DNA of 64,000 nucleotides from Felis catus (lineage: Eukaryota). Made by a program: the position numbers and the translations under genes. This document shows, piece after piece, positions 25,081-38,004 of this stretch (position 1 is its first letter; the number at the start of each line of letters is the position of its first letter). The stretch covers positions 183,336,001 through 183,400,000 of the forward strand of contig NC_058368.1 in NCBI RefSeq assembly GCF_018350175.1, read 5' to 3'. The notes beneath the pieces were generated by a model, which had not been told where the DNA came from, made no database searches, and saw only the letters and a program-made list of their open reading frames with translations.

Positions 25081-25600
25081 TATTTATTCATTAACCAAAT
25101 ATTCACTGAGAACATGCTATGGCCTTTACATTGTTCCAAGTATAGGGGAACTAGTGGTGATCAGAACAATGTCCTTGTTCTTATGGGTATACTTACATTC
25201 TAATTTGGTTAGACAGCCACCCACTCAGTCAATAAAAAAATATATCATATTCCAGGTGATGATAAACATGTTTAAGTTGGGCATTATTTTGGATTATGTA
25301 ATTAGAAAAACCCAAATGACACAATGACATTTGATCAGAGACGTAAAGAAAGTGAGTAAACTTACTGGACAAGGAGAATGTTCTAGATAGAATGCCCAGC
25401 AATTGCAATGACCTTGAGCAGGAGCATGCTGAGCATGTTTGAACAAAGAGGCTATGTGATTGGAGTGGAATGGGTGTGTTGGGTTTTGGGTGACAAGAAA
25501 AAGCACGAGAGAAATGTAGGAGATATACATCTGTAGAGTTTTACAGACCATGCTTAATGATTTGAGAAGTCATTCAAGGGTTTGGATTAGAAAGTCAAAC
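25081..25600 (-). mobile_element. LINE-2 3' end
   Basis: tattcattaaccaaatattcactgagaacatgctatgg..cttacattctaat..tgacatttgatcagagac..gcaggagcatgctgagcatgtttgaacaaagaggctatgtgattggagtgg. Confidence 0.85.
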
Positions 25601-25829
25601 TATATCTGAGTTGCACTGACTCCAATCAGCAATCTCATTAGCGTAAGTGTCATTAATGGAGTAATGAAGGACTAGGTACCAGTTCATCTCACTAAGATAT
25701 ATTAATATGTGGGTGAGAAACATGAAAATGGTGGCATGTTTTATAGAAAGTGTGGGTTGGGACTGTTGGAAAGATAGGAGACTAAGAAGTAAACAGCCAA
25801 GTGAAAGAAAGAGAAAAGGAAAGACTTAT

Positions 25830-26214
25830 AGTAGATCTGGTGCCTATTCCTTCTACCAGGTTGTGTACTCTCCTGTTTGTGGCTCACACCTGCCCTTCCT
25901 CTGGAGAGTATCCCTAGACTAAATGATACTAAGCTTCTCACCTTTGAAAGCCTCCCCAAGGCTGATGATTGACTGAAGTGGGGAAAAAAAAGTCAGCCCT
26001 TTTGCCCCCATGAGGGAACAACTCTGCAGTACAGACTTGTAAGGCTCTGATATGTAGATCAGACCAAGGCTACATTTTGCCTGAAACCACATCCTTGCCA
26101 AGTTCCCTTTTCCTACCACATTTGGTATCACTCCCTTGCTTCTAGAGAATTTTCCTAAAGATCACTCCCTCAGTCACTTTTAGGATTTGCTTCTCAGAAA
26201 CCTGACTTAAAACA
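25830..26214 (+). mobile_element. LTR16-like ERVL LTR
   Basis: caactctgcag..gatcagaccaaggctac..cctgaaaccacatccttgccaag..cactccctc..tttgcttctcagaaacctgacttaaaaca terminus. Confidence 0.75.
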
Positions 26215-27377
26215 AGGCTTGTATTTTCTGCCATTTTCATTTTCCATAGTATCTAATAAAATTCTGAGTATTCCATTAGTACATAATAAATATTCACCGA
26301 ATTAAAGAACAGACATCAGGTTTTATAAAAGAGTAGAGAACACTGTCTACTGATATGAAATACTACGTAATATCTTAGCATTCTGGGTACTTATTTCTAA
26401 TTTAAATAATTTGAGTAAAACTGACAGAATAAGACTATAAATGTGTAAATAAATATTTTATCTCTATCTTATAGGTAAATTATTTACCCATAAAAATTAT
26501 AATGAGCCATCCTTTCTATGTTTAAGAGAACTATATATATTTGTCCTTTTTTTGTCTATAATACAAATGTGAAATTTTGCAAATTAAATACTTTCTACCT
26601 CCTCGTAAGGTCCTTATTAGATTAATGATGAACATGATAAACTGCTTACTGTCTCCCAAAGCATTTAAGGTTACTCACCTGACTACCTAGGGATGCTAAT
26701 AAAGATTTTGCTTATTTGCTGAGCTGAAGTATTTTAAACCTAATGCTCATGATTTGGTGAAATAAATCACAAGAATACTCTATACTTAGTTGGCAGTCCA
26801 TGATTATAATATTTGACTTCCTTGGAAAAAAATACTCATTGGGAAGTTCTATCCTCAAGTCAGAGAGACTGATTCATTTCCATTATATTGTATATCCGTC
26901 CCCTCCCCCTCCTGTCCTCTCCATTCATCCCAACGATTTTAACTCATTGCCATAAAAAATTTCATAATTTTCTTAGATATAATCTAGTATACATTTTTTA
27001 GTTTGGTCTCATGCACTTACAGGTTTTATTTAATTTTATTTTCTCATTGAACTTTCCACCCTATTAACCCCAATATTACACATGTCTCTTGCCACATGCT
27101 TTATGATCATATATCCACTTAGAATTGCCAATATCAGTAAAATGTTTTAACTAATTAGAAGGTTTATTATAACCATTCCAATGTAATATAACCGGAAATT
27201 ATTAGCCTCATTAGTTTCATAATATCGTTTCAAGTTTACCCTCTGGTAAGTCAATTTCAACATGGTTTCAAGTATTGGGTTTGGCAGTACTTGCAAAATG
27301 CACGTATATGGTCATTTTCCTCAGATTTCTTGTGTGTTTTTTAACATGAAAATTGTTAAAAAAAAAAAAAAAAAAAA

Positions 27378-27602
27378 GGTGCCTGGGTGGCTCAGTTGGT
27401 TAAGGGTCCAACTTCAGCTCAGGTCGTGATCTCACAGTTGGTGGGTTCGAGCTTGCGTCGGGCTCTGTGCTAACAGTCCAGAGCCTGGAGCTTGTTTCGG
27501 TTTCTGTCTCCCTCTCTCTCTGCCTCTCCTCTGCTGATGCTCTGTCTCTCTCTCAAAAATATATAAACATTGAAAAAAAATTTTTAACAAAAGAAAAAAA
27601 AA
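27378..27602 (+). mobile_element. Can-SINE (SINEC_Fc2-like) preceded by A20
   Basis: ggtgcctgggtggctcagttggttaagggtccaacttcagctcagg; A run at 27358-27377. Confidence 0.95.
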
Positions 27603-27879
27603 GAAAATTGCCGTATGTATTGACCATTAACTATGTATAAGTTTCTGTGGGTAGAAAGATGACTGTAAGAGCCCCAATGCTTAAAGATCTCATTGTTATC
27701 CCAAGAAAGTCATATATATGTGACATATAAGGTCGCATACAGAATTCAACAATGAATCATGAGAAAACAGTCTTCTTTGGTCCTTTCAATTGTTTTCCAT
27801 TGCTTATAAAATTTTTAAAAATGTCATAACCTGGCACTTGTTAACCTCTAACCTTCTTTTATTTCTACTCCCCATATTC

Positions 27880-30170
27880 ACTTTTCTTTTACTTATTACT
27901 AAGGAAGTAACCCAAGGTCATTGTAGAAGTGTGTGGAAAAAAAGTAAAAGAAAGTGAAAATAGCCATAATTACAATGTCAGAAAAAACTATCATTGACAT
28001 ATTTTTTTACAAGTCTCCAGCCTGTTTCTATGTGTATTTAAAGTTATATTTGGGACCAACGTGAGAATAAATATGGCACCATAATTTTCCTATCTCTTTA
28101 GATATATGAAATGACATTATTTATTCTATTGCAAGGATGGCCCACAATTTAACCAATCTTACAAGATCAGACGTTTAATTTGTATACAGCTTTTTGCTAT
28201 TATGCTATGATAATTTCATTCACATGAACGCATATGCATGACTACTCTTAAAGAATGAATACCTAGAGGTGAACTACTGGCAAAAAGAGAGTGAACATGG
28301 CTTCATTGGTTTACTAGCTGTTTGCAATTTATTTTGGCCATTAGACTATTGTTAGTACTGTGTTTTATCCTAAAGTTAAAAGATAAACATTTTATATTAT
28401 CAAAAGTTTGTAATATATGTAATATCTATATCTGAGACTTTATAATTTTCCTGATTATTTAAATTATTTCTGGTAAGATAGGAGATTTATATTTTTATTG
28501 TATGTATGTACTACATCTAGGTCTATATTACTTTTGGGTTTTACACTTGAAGCCATGAATATGGATGAGATAAAGATGGAGGTTTTCATTTATTTTTGTT
28601 TTTGTTTTTGCATATAGATATTAAATTCCTTCAGCATAATTTGTTGAATGTGTCATTATTTTACTTTTAATTATTCAATTACTTTGTCATTTCTGTTGAA
28701 ATTCAACTGACCATATATTTATGAATCTGTTCTGTTCAAAACATCTATTTATTTACCTTTGTGTCAATAGCACAGGACCTTGATTACTGTAGGTCTATAA
28801 TAAGACTTAAAATGAGATTAAGTCCTATACTATTTTTTTCTTTTCAAAGTTCTGAGAAGGTTATTTGTATTTCCATAAAAAAGTTAGAATCAGACTGTCA
28901 ATTTATGCAAAAGAAAATAAAACTTTTGGGATTTTGATACGTAGTAAATCTATGAATATAGAAAGAATTGGCATTTAATAATTAAATCTATGATTATGAT
29001 GCATATCTCTTTTTATTTAGCTTTTCTTTAATTTCTTCATTGGTTTTATAGTTTTCAAAGTACATGTTTGCAGATCTCTTTCATATCATCCATAAATGTT
29101 CCATGTATTTGATTCTATTTTAAATCTAATTTAAAGGCTATTTTAAATTTTAATTTCCAATTATTTGTGTTCAGTATGTAGAAATTAAATTGATCTTTGT
29201 ATACTGATCTTATATTCTACAATTCAATAGTGATGGCTATTTATTTTTTAATTACGTTCTATAGGGTTTTCTTGTATAGATGATCAAGTCAACTTTAATA
29301 AAAGTTTATTCTTCCTAATCTGCTTACTTTTTAAGAGATCTCTACTGCCTTACTATCTTCATTAGTCCTTACTGTTTTATTTCATTGGATAGAATATACA
29401 GAGTAAAGTTGAATAGAAGTGACTAGAACAGACCTCTCTGCCTTACTACTGATTTTAGAGGAAAAATATTTAGCTTTCTGCATTACTTATGATTTGAGCT
29501 GTAGGTTTTTCATAGATGTGTTTTGTAGTCAAACAATTTTCCATCTCTTTCTTCTTTGTCGAGAATTTTTAATCGTTTTTTTAATCAAGAAATGTTTTTT
29601 TCAAGAGCTTTTTCTCTATCCATCCAGATGACGACATAGATTTTACTTCATCCAGAATTACATTGAGTGATTTTTCTACTGTTAAATCAACTTTGCATTC
29701 CTTTGCTACATTTTGCTTAGTCATGATATGTTATCGTTTGTCTTTTTTTAAGATTTTATTTTGTAAAATTTTGTTTAGATTTTTGTACCTATACTCATAG
29801 GGACACTTCTCTGTAGTTTTCCTGTAATACTCTGGTCTGGTTTTAGTGTCAGGGTAATTGAGACCTTACAGAATAATTTGGGGAACACATCTTATTCCTT
29901 TATTTATTTTATTTTTTAAAGAGTTTGGATAGAGTATGATCTTTGCTTCTTTAAATGTTTTTGGAAAATTCTCCAGTGAATCCATCTAGCGCTGTAAATT
30001 TATTTTTGTTTGTTTGTTTATCTATTCATTGTATGTATACAGGCTTACAGTTTTTAACTAAAAATTCAGTATGTTTACAGAATGATTTGGGTTATCTATT
30101 TCTTCTTGAGTGAGATTTGGTAGTTTGTGACTTTTTAAAAAGTGAGCATTTTATTCAATCTTACACTGTT
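27880..30170 (-). mobile_element. Decayed old LINE-1 (L1M), ORF2 and 3' region
   Basis: Reverse of gagctgtaggtttttcatagat (near 29494-29516) reads IYEKPTA; caactttgcattcc..gtcatgat and ttctccagtgaatccatct are typical reverse L1 ORF2 landmarks; 27880-28330 looks like an L1ME 3' end (less certain). Confidence 0.85.
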
Positions 30171-30590
30171 TTTACTATCTATAAGACATGCATGGAAGCT
30201 TTTCCTCTTATCTAGAATTGATGCTAGCCTTTTCCTTACTTACACTCTTGATCTTTGTCACTGGATTCTGGAAGGGTCAAATGAAGACATATGATGCAGA
30301 TTAATTGTTCACCTGGGAATCTTCTAAATACTTTTAAGTCTACAATATGGTTCCTGGGTTTCTGTGTATTCTGTCTACCATTTTCCCTTCTCTGTCAAGG
30401 ATAGCAGAGGCTTCTTTATTACAGTGGTTTCATATTTGCCATTGCTGGAACATGAAGGGTTTTACTACATCATGGCCAGTTTTTATTTGCAATGTTCACA
30501 CTGGCAGGCTTGAATTTAGTCACACATGTAACCCAGCATTATCCAAAACGCAGGATGGATGAGTTGCTTTTGTGCCTAGTCCCATGGCTG

Positions 30591-30648
30591 GTTGTTTGTT
30601 TGTTTGTTTGTTTCTATGTATGTATGTATGTATGTATGTATGTATGTA
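30591..30648 (+). repeat. Compound (TTTG)n(TATG)n microsatellite
   Basis: Direct reading. Confidence 0.95.
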
Positions 30649-30802
30649 TTTTTCTTGTTTCACAGAAAGGATAATTCCTATATGGTGTCAGCCATTATGG
30701 AGGGAGGCCAGTTCCTATTTTCTGCTATGCACACGGTCTATTTTCCCTGTTTAGGTTTCTGTGTGGGTCTTGAGAATCCAGCTTTGAAATCAATGCCTGA
30801 TT

Positions 30803-31033
30803 GGGGTGCCTGGGTGGCTCAGTCGGTTAAGCTCAAGTCCAGCTTCAGCTCAGGTCATGATCTCGCAGTTCGGGAGTTCGAGTTCCAGCCCCGCATCAGG
30901 CTCTGTGCTGACAGCTGAGAGCCTAGAGCCTGTTTCAGATTCTGTGTCTCCCTGTCTCTCTGAGCTTCCCCCATTCATGCTCTGTCTCTCTCTCTCTCTC
31001 TGTCTCAAGAAAATAAATAAGCATTAAAAAAAT
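30803..31033 (+). mobile_element. Can-SINE (SINEC_Fc2-like)
   Basis: ggggtgcctgggtggctcagtcggttaag; B-box region has gagttc duplicated; perfect TSD aaatcaatgcctgatt at 30787-30802 and 31034-31049. Confidence 0.97.
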
Positions 31034-31269
31034 AAATCAATGCCTGATTGTGAGTCTTTTCAGCTTCAACTCTAGCTCACTACTACAGGTTTGAGTTTCC
31101 TTCTGGAACTTGGAGATTACCTGGTATTGCTTTTTTACCTTTTGAACTGCACATTTCCATGTGCAGATCAATTCATTTTAAATGAATTTTCCATTCTCCT
31201 TTCAATCCGTGTTATAATAAATATATATATTCACTTCTTGGGAACCACTAAGTAGTGGTTAAAAAAGAA

Positions 31270-31457
31270 ATACATACATATATGTATATACATATATGTA
31301 CATGTATGTGTGTGTGTGTGTGTGTGTGTGTTTCCCATTGCCTCCTAGTTTCTAATAACTGTGAATCCCAGAAGTATGTGTATCCATATCTATATCTATA
31401 TCTATATCTATATCTATATCTATATCTATCTATATCTATCTATATAGATAGATATCT
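31270..31457 (+). repeat. Microsatellite cluster: TA/CA-rich, (TG)n and (TATATC)n
   Basis: Direct reading: TG run 31307-31331; TATATC run about 31386-31445. Confidence 0.95.
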
Positions 31458-34400
31458 TTAGGGCAAATTTAACAATAACAAAAAAATCTGAGTCTCTGTA
31501 AAAACAGTGACTCTCAAACAGAAGAGAGAAAACCTGTTTTTTCTACAATCTACTCAGTATTGGTGGTACAGATAAAAATATCTCCTTAGAACTATTATCA
31601 TGAGAACTTAACAATTTGAGATCTTGTCTTAATTCTGTGTGGGAGGACTGCTTCTGACAAGCTTAATTTTTTTGCTCCAGATAACTCACCTCTCAACTTG
31701 TCAAGTCTCTGATGTGAGATCCAGTGTTAAACAAAGAGTCACATTGAAAGACTTACACAAGTGGAAAAGTTTAAAGTAAGGTAAGATATAGCTCTCATTA
31801 ATGAAGGGAAAAAAATTCTATAACCTCAGAGATGATTCTGTCTCTTTCATGAAAATAATTTACAAATGGGCTTTCTCTAATCTAGTCAAGTCTTTGTTAC
31901 AACTCTCAACAAATACAAAAGGGGGTCAAATCAATTTATTTTCAGTTCTATCTCAATTCTTCAATCCTACTTTTGAAAGATTGCTAATATTTTTTCCATT
32001 TCATATTAACATAAGCTGGAATAATAAATGCCCGTTATTTAAACCAATTGAGCTAACGTGTCAATAATGACACCATATCATACGACAGAGAATATGTTTT
32101 ATGAGGCCTTTCAGAAAACTTCTTTAGTCAGTTAGACTAAAGTCAGGGGTCTGGCTTTCTTAAGGCCCCTCCAGTTCCTTCACTCCCTTTGGAAAGTGCA
32201 CTGATATATAAATACAATGGGGATTCAAGTTCAGCCTGATATACCTGTTGCTGTTCTATACTCTGAAGCTTGACAGACATGGTCTAAGGAGAAATGTGAA
32301 ATGACAGTGTTTGTGAGAAAACTACAATCGTTTATCAATAGTTCCCTGTCAAGGTTGTAGAGCAGCTCAATGCCTAACACATATTGATCATCAGTAAAAA
32401 TGGCTGATAAAATTAATACCATTTATTATTAATAACATATTAATAATAGCTATTAAAATACCAACATCAAAGTCAAGAATAGTTATTCTACCAATATCCT
32501 CCTCTCTACCCTTTGAACATTATTCTCTTTTTCCAAATCTGTCAACGTTTTCTCTTCTCTTTTGTTTTGTAACTCAATTCACACAAGCTAATGACTGACC
32601 CCCATGCCTACTGTAAACATTTAAAATAAATGCTTCAAAATGTCTAGCCTGAAAACTATCTTTAGGTTTCAGTGTACAACAGCATATATATTTGTAAATT
32701 TTATTCCATTTTACCTTATCTCTTCTTTGTGTATATATCTCTCTAAGACAATATATGAATCCAAGATCCATGAGGTCAAATACTGGATGTCAGGTTAGTG
32801 CATCCAAGTCTACCACACACTAGAGGTTACAGACTGAAGATGCAGTGAACAGCTGATGATGATGGTAATGATAACAGTGATATATCTTCCAGCTCTGTGC
32901 GGAAGCTGGATTCCTTCCAATGTTTAGATGCAATAAATCTATGACATTTAATAATAGGATTAATGAATTAGATGTTATTAAGGAGTTTAACTTCAAAAAA
33001 ATAAGCACCATATCATAATATATTATCTTCTGAAAATACATTTTAACTCCTCGATCTTCACGCAACCATGCCTTTCTATATATCAAAATAAAGGGCTGTG
33101 AATCATTACATATACTCCCACTGAAAAGTCTAGAAAGAACATTTTCAAAGATAAAACTGTTCTGCACTAAGCCCATTAGTATTGTGTGACCAATTTGATT
33201 CCTCCTTGTAGTTTAATAACTTACAAATGCCATTTTTGAATTCTGAGCTGTATTCTGAGTTTCTGGGAATCTGAAACAACGAAACTTATTCCATACCATC
33301 TCCCCTCAAGAAAATATGATTTCTCAAAAATCACTTTCTTGCTGAGGTCTTGTCCTGTATGTCAAGTTTTTGCCGGAAGCCAATTTTTATTGCCAGGTTA
33401 TAAACCTCTAAAATAGTAGCTCTATTATGAAAACACTGACACAAACTTAGCCATAGTGATATGAATGGCAAAAGTATAATACACTGAACACAGCATCAGC
33501 CATTAGCTCAAATAGCTTGATTATGCCCCATTGTTGTTCATTGTCCCCTATACATTTGCTATAATGCCTGTGGTGCCTTTCAATACTACTTAACTATAGG
33601 CTGTCCTTTAGGAAATGTCAGGCACAGCCACCTATGGTGACATGGAGACATGTGCTAGTTAGCACTAGTTTGTCACTGAGATTTTAACTTGATACAGTTA
33701 AATTTTTTTCTGTAATAATACACTCCTTTACCAAAAGTACACACACCCCCAAGCTATATTGCAATGTGAAGCTGCCAACTTACCTCATTATAGCCTATTG
33801 TTTTTAGGTGGTTTACTAATGAGGAAGATGTCTGAATCAATCTGCTGTTTACAGAACAGGGGAAGAAGAAAGGTTTTCCCCCATTTTTTTAATTTAAGTA
33901 GTTCTTTAGCCTTAATGGTTTTGGTGCTTTACTTGAATGTGTACCATTGTAACACTGGTTTATGGAACCATGTGGTAGATTACAGCTTGATCAGACTGAA
34001 ATAAAATCTTGGGCCCTTGGTGAGTTACCAGTGTGAGCAGAAGTACTGCACCATGTGAAACGAGACATTCTCAAATCAAACTCCCAGAATCTCCCAATAG
34101 ATGAGGAAGAAATACCTTGTTCTCTTAAGGGTCATGAGAAACTCTTAGGAAACATGCTGCAGATAGGTAGAAAAGGATATCACAAGATTCCTGGCTCATA
34201 GCACCGGAGCAAAACAAACACAAGTGTAGCTTAATGACATGAATGGCTTTCCTTCTTTCTTTTTAAATCCACAGACTTCCAGTGGGAGATATATGTAAAA
34301 GACATACATATGAATTTTGGCAAGAGAGGCACAGTACTTTGCATTAACAATACTAATATTGTTATGGTAATTTTTTCCTGGAGTGGTTGGCTTATAGTGA

Positions 34401-34959
34401 GTGAGAATATTAGTGAATTCTAACAAGATCTATAACTTTTCATGTGTGGCTAATAGTTTCATGAGAACATATCCAACCCTCAAAATAATGTCTCAATAAA
34501 TTGTTAGCAGTATGTCTACATAAAAGGAAATAAGGACATTATTTTGGCGTATTTGCCTTGCTATTATCCTTCTAATATGAAACAATATGCAAATTTAGGT
34601 GCATCTGCTTTTTTTTGAAGGATCTTGAACTGTGAAGTCAGGCCACAATGAAATAGATTATATTCTTCTTCTTCCCCATACACAAAATAGTCTAAAAACG
34701 AGCATAAATAGGAGCATAAGTTTATACTTTCAATCCAAATTGCAAAAGAAGTCACAGAAACTATTTTCCAATCCCAGGTGCACACTCAAGAAATGAAACC
34801 ATAACATCTGAGTGTATTTATCCCAATACACATACATTTATTCCAATGCATTCCAATCTGAGTGCATTTACTCCAAAACATGTATGCACATACACACACA
34901 CACACACACACAGTTTAAGTATAGGGGCAGTGATATGACCGCCTAAAACTGTAGGATAG

Positions 34960-35573
34960 TGTATTCGTATATGACTGTTGCCTTAACAAATTTCCACAAA
35001 TTTAGCAGTTGAAAACAATATCCATTTATTATCTCACAGTTGCTGTATATCAGAAGTCTAGCAGGCTCAAAGGGGTCTCTGTTTGGAGTCTCCCAAGCAG
35101 AAATCAGGTGTCTGAAGGGCTGTGTTCCTTTCTGGAAGCTCCAGAGAAGAATTCATTTCCACATTCATTTGGGTCGATTAGCAGAATTCAATTTCATGCA
35201 GTTGTATCACTGAAGTCCCCACTTCTTTGCTGACCGTCAGCTGAGGGCCTTTCCCAGTTTTCAAGGCCTCCCATATTCCCTGGTTCATGGCCTTCTTTCT
35301 CCGTCTCCAAAGCCAGTAATAGCAGGCTGGGTACTTTGCATGCCACATTTCTCTAACAGACTCATTTCTCTTTCTGACACTTCTGTCTTCTTCTCAAGCT
35401 TTTTACAGGCCCATGTGATTACATTGGCCCATCTGGACAATTCGGGATAATCTCCCCATGTTAAGGTGCATAACATTTGTTCCATCTGCAAAGTTCCTTT
35501 TGCAATGGAAGGTAACATATGCAGGAGTAATGGAAGGGGAGAGAACATAAAACCTAAAACCCTACCTACCATA
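34960..35573 (-). mobile_element. MLT1D-like MaLR solo LTR
   Basis: tgtatt..taacaaatttccacaaatttagcagttgaaaacaa..ttattatctcacagtt..gattacattggcccatctggacaattcgggataatctcccc..catctgcaaagttccttttgc..cctaccata; flanks gatag/gagag. Confidence 0.9.
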
Positions 35574-37574
35574 GAGAGTATTGTATTCTTTAAGTTATCA
35601 CTTTTGTCAAAATACTGTCAGTTACTCAAAAGGAAAAGTTCTAACTGTAGTAAGCTAAGTCAAATAATTTTATTTTTTGAGTAGGTTTCCAAAAAAATTA
35701 GTTTGATCAGGATTACATTACTCTCAAGTCACTTAGTCTTAACAAACCCATTTTTGTTCAAATTTTCTATTCTCTCCTACAATATTAAATCTGTGCTCTG
35801 GAACCAAACAGGAGTAGCTATTCTCAGTCTTTGAATAGTAAAATCTTAAATCTATTTCAAATAGACTGTAACATCACTGTGAGAAGGGTCATGTCTTACT
35901 TATTAATTTCTAGAGACAAAATCAGGATGAAAGAACTCTGTGATCCATTTCCTGCTGAAAACAGAGCCATAAACAATAGAAACATTTGTTACTTGACACC
36001 TTGAAGGTGTCTATGTTTTATAATGTTGGGCTGTAAAACAAGATAACCCAATGTAGATATCTATTTCATCAGCTTCTGGCTGTTCCTATTATATTTCATA
36101 GGCATACCATCTCTGAGCATACAGATCTCCAAGAGAATACAAACTACTCATATACTTCCTGCAAACAGTAACCTGCCTTGCACAACAAGCCAGCCACATT
36201 CCAGAAGACCCACCAGCTGGAATTAGGTTGGCATGAGAGGTAGATAATAAAACAGCTATACTCCACACACTTTGAGGAACTCAAGGGGAAACCCCTGAGA
36301 CAGGATTCTATTTCTTTCACTCTGGTTATCAGATGCATGAAAAGGCGGGGGTGAAGGTGAAAGACTATGATGCACGATCAACTGAAAGTGAAGATCTGAA
36401 GAAAAGCATCCTAGTTTGAGCAAATAATTTTCAATAGTAAATGTTTGTAGGGGAAGGACTGAAAGAAAACATTAAAAGATTCTTTTGGTAAAGACAAGTA
36501 ATACCCTTGGTGGGGGTGGGAGAGACTATGACCCTCTCATTATGTGCATGAGACATTTGGTTTAAAAAGCAGATATGTCTGCAACTTTTTAGATGAGGCT
36601 ATGGTTGTTTTTACTGCTCCTTCAAAAATATCAGAGGAAGGTGATTAAATTGAAAGTTTAAATCATATGCAGTGGGCAGTGTGTAAGACATTGTTCTTTG
36701 TGAATTTGTAAGGCCATACTTTCTAAGATATCCTAATAAACCTAGGAAAAGACACAAGTTATATAAATGTGGTTTTTTTCCCTCAAAGTTTAAGAAAAGT
36801 GGTCAACCAAATCAATTTCCCTTTTTATAGTAAGAAGCTCTTTCCAATTCAGACTTCTTTTCTCCTACTGGATAAACTTCTTGGGATATCTCTTTGTAAA
36901 GATTCTGCTTCTCTCAGAATAGCCAACTTTATAAAACTTCATGTTTCTTCATGTTTTATGTGACATGTGAAATAATTATGATGAAAGAGCCCTTAATTTA
37001 TTTGGAGGTATAAACAAATTATTGATACTAATGATAATTATAAACTCTTCTTATTATGTCATTCCATAATAAAATCTGATTGAAAATCTAGTTTTGACAA
37101 TCATATTTTAAATAATGAGATCTTTTAATATAATCTAGATCTGAAAAGCTACATTTGCTCCCTGGGTATTTTTACTACCTACTCAAAGCTAATATATGTT
37201 TCACTTGTCACTGAAGTTTTATGTGTAATACTTTTAGTAGCAGAGGGCAATTATTGGGTTAAAGTTGACGCCAACACGTTCTTTATCAAGCATGAAAACC
37301 TTACCTTGACCTTAATACAATTATTTTTATAAAATGAAGAATTAATGCTTTCCAAAATAGTCACAAAATGATGTGGGCTCTGTATTAGTTTAAGGTTAAA
37401 AACTCATGACACTGTAAATGAGATGCCTATTTTCCAGTATTCATTTGCATGATTAAAAGGAAATCTTTGCGTAGCCGAAATTTGGGGGCAAATGGTCATA
37501 GTATCTATTCATAGTAACAATTTATAATGCCTTGCTTTTAAAATTTTAGTGCATTCAAACTTTAGTCAAACTCA

Positions 37575-37930
37575 AAAATCACAAGATCATGCAATCTCTG
37601 CATTAGGAAGGACTACTATAAAGATAAGTTAGGCCAACTACGTCTCCAGAGTATGGTTTACTAAAATTTTTCAGACCTAATTTGATCCCTCCAACTCCCT
37701 ATCAATGACGGGAAAAAATCACAAGCCTTTGGCATTTTCAAGTAGTTCCAATTTTCAGAAAGGTTTTTCCATATAATGAGTCAAAATGGGTTCTTTTCTT
37801 TTGCTATAGGAGTTATATAGACTAAGTCTGATATACCTTTTTCATAAGAAAACACTTCATATATTTTAAAGCTCCTCTGTCCCCTGAAGTTATATTTTAT
37901 TCTTTGTAGACATCTTAATCATTTTAGTCT
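37575..37930 (-). mobile_element. L3/CR1 LINE 3' remnant
   Basis: tttttccatataatgagtcaaaat..actaagtctgatatacctttttcataagaaaacacttcatatattttaaag..tgtcccctgaagt resembles reverse L3. Confidence 0.6.
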
Positions 37931-38004
37931 TTTGTTTTCTTTTTTCTTTTTCTTTTTTTTTTTTTAAGACTTCTTTATCTTCCTTTTTTTCTCTGGAAGA
38001 GGGA

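Noticed and set aside
32424..32448. 11-bp inverted repeat tattattaata-aca-tattaataata
   Set aside because: Pure A/T low complexity; expected by chance
32820..33176. 118-aa minus-strand ORF
   Set aside because: AT-rich codon composition and no recognisable homology; treated as non-coding
37234..37252. CTCF-like motif gtagcagagggcaat (also weak ones near 33625 and 49211)
   Set aside because: Each misses key positions of the CTCF core, such as the leading CC
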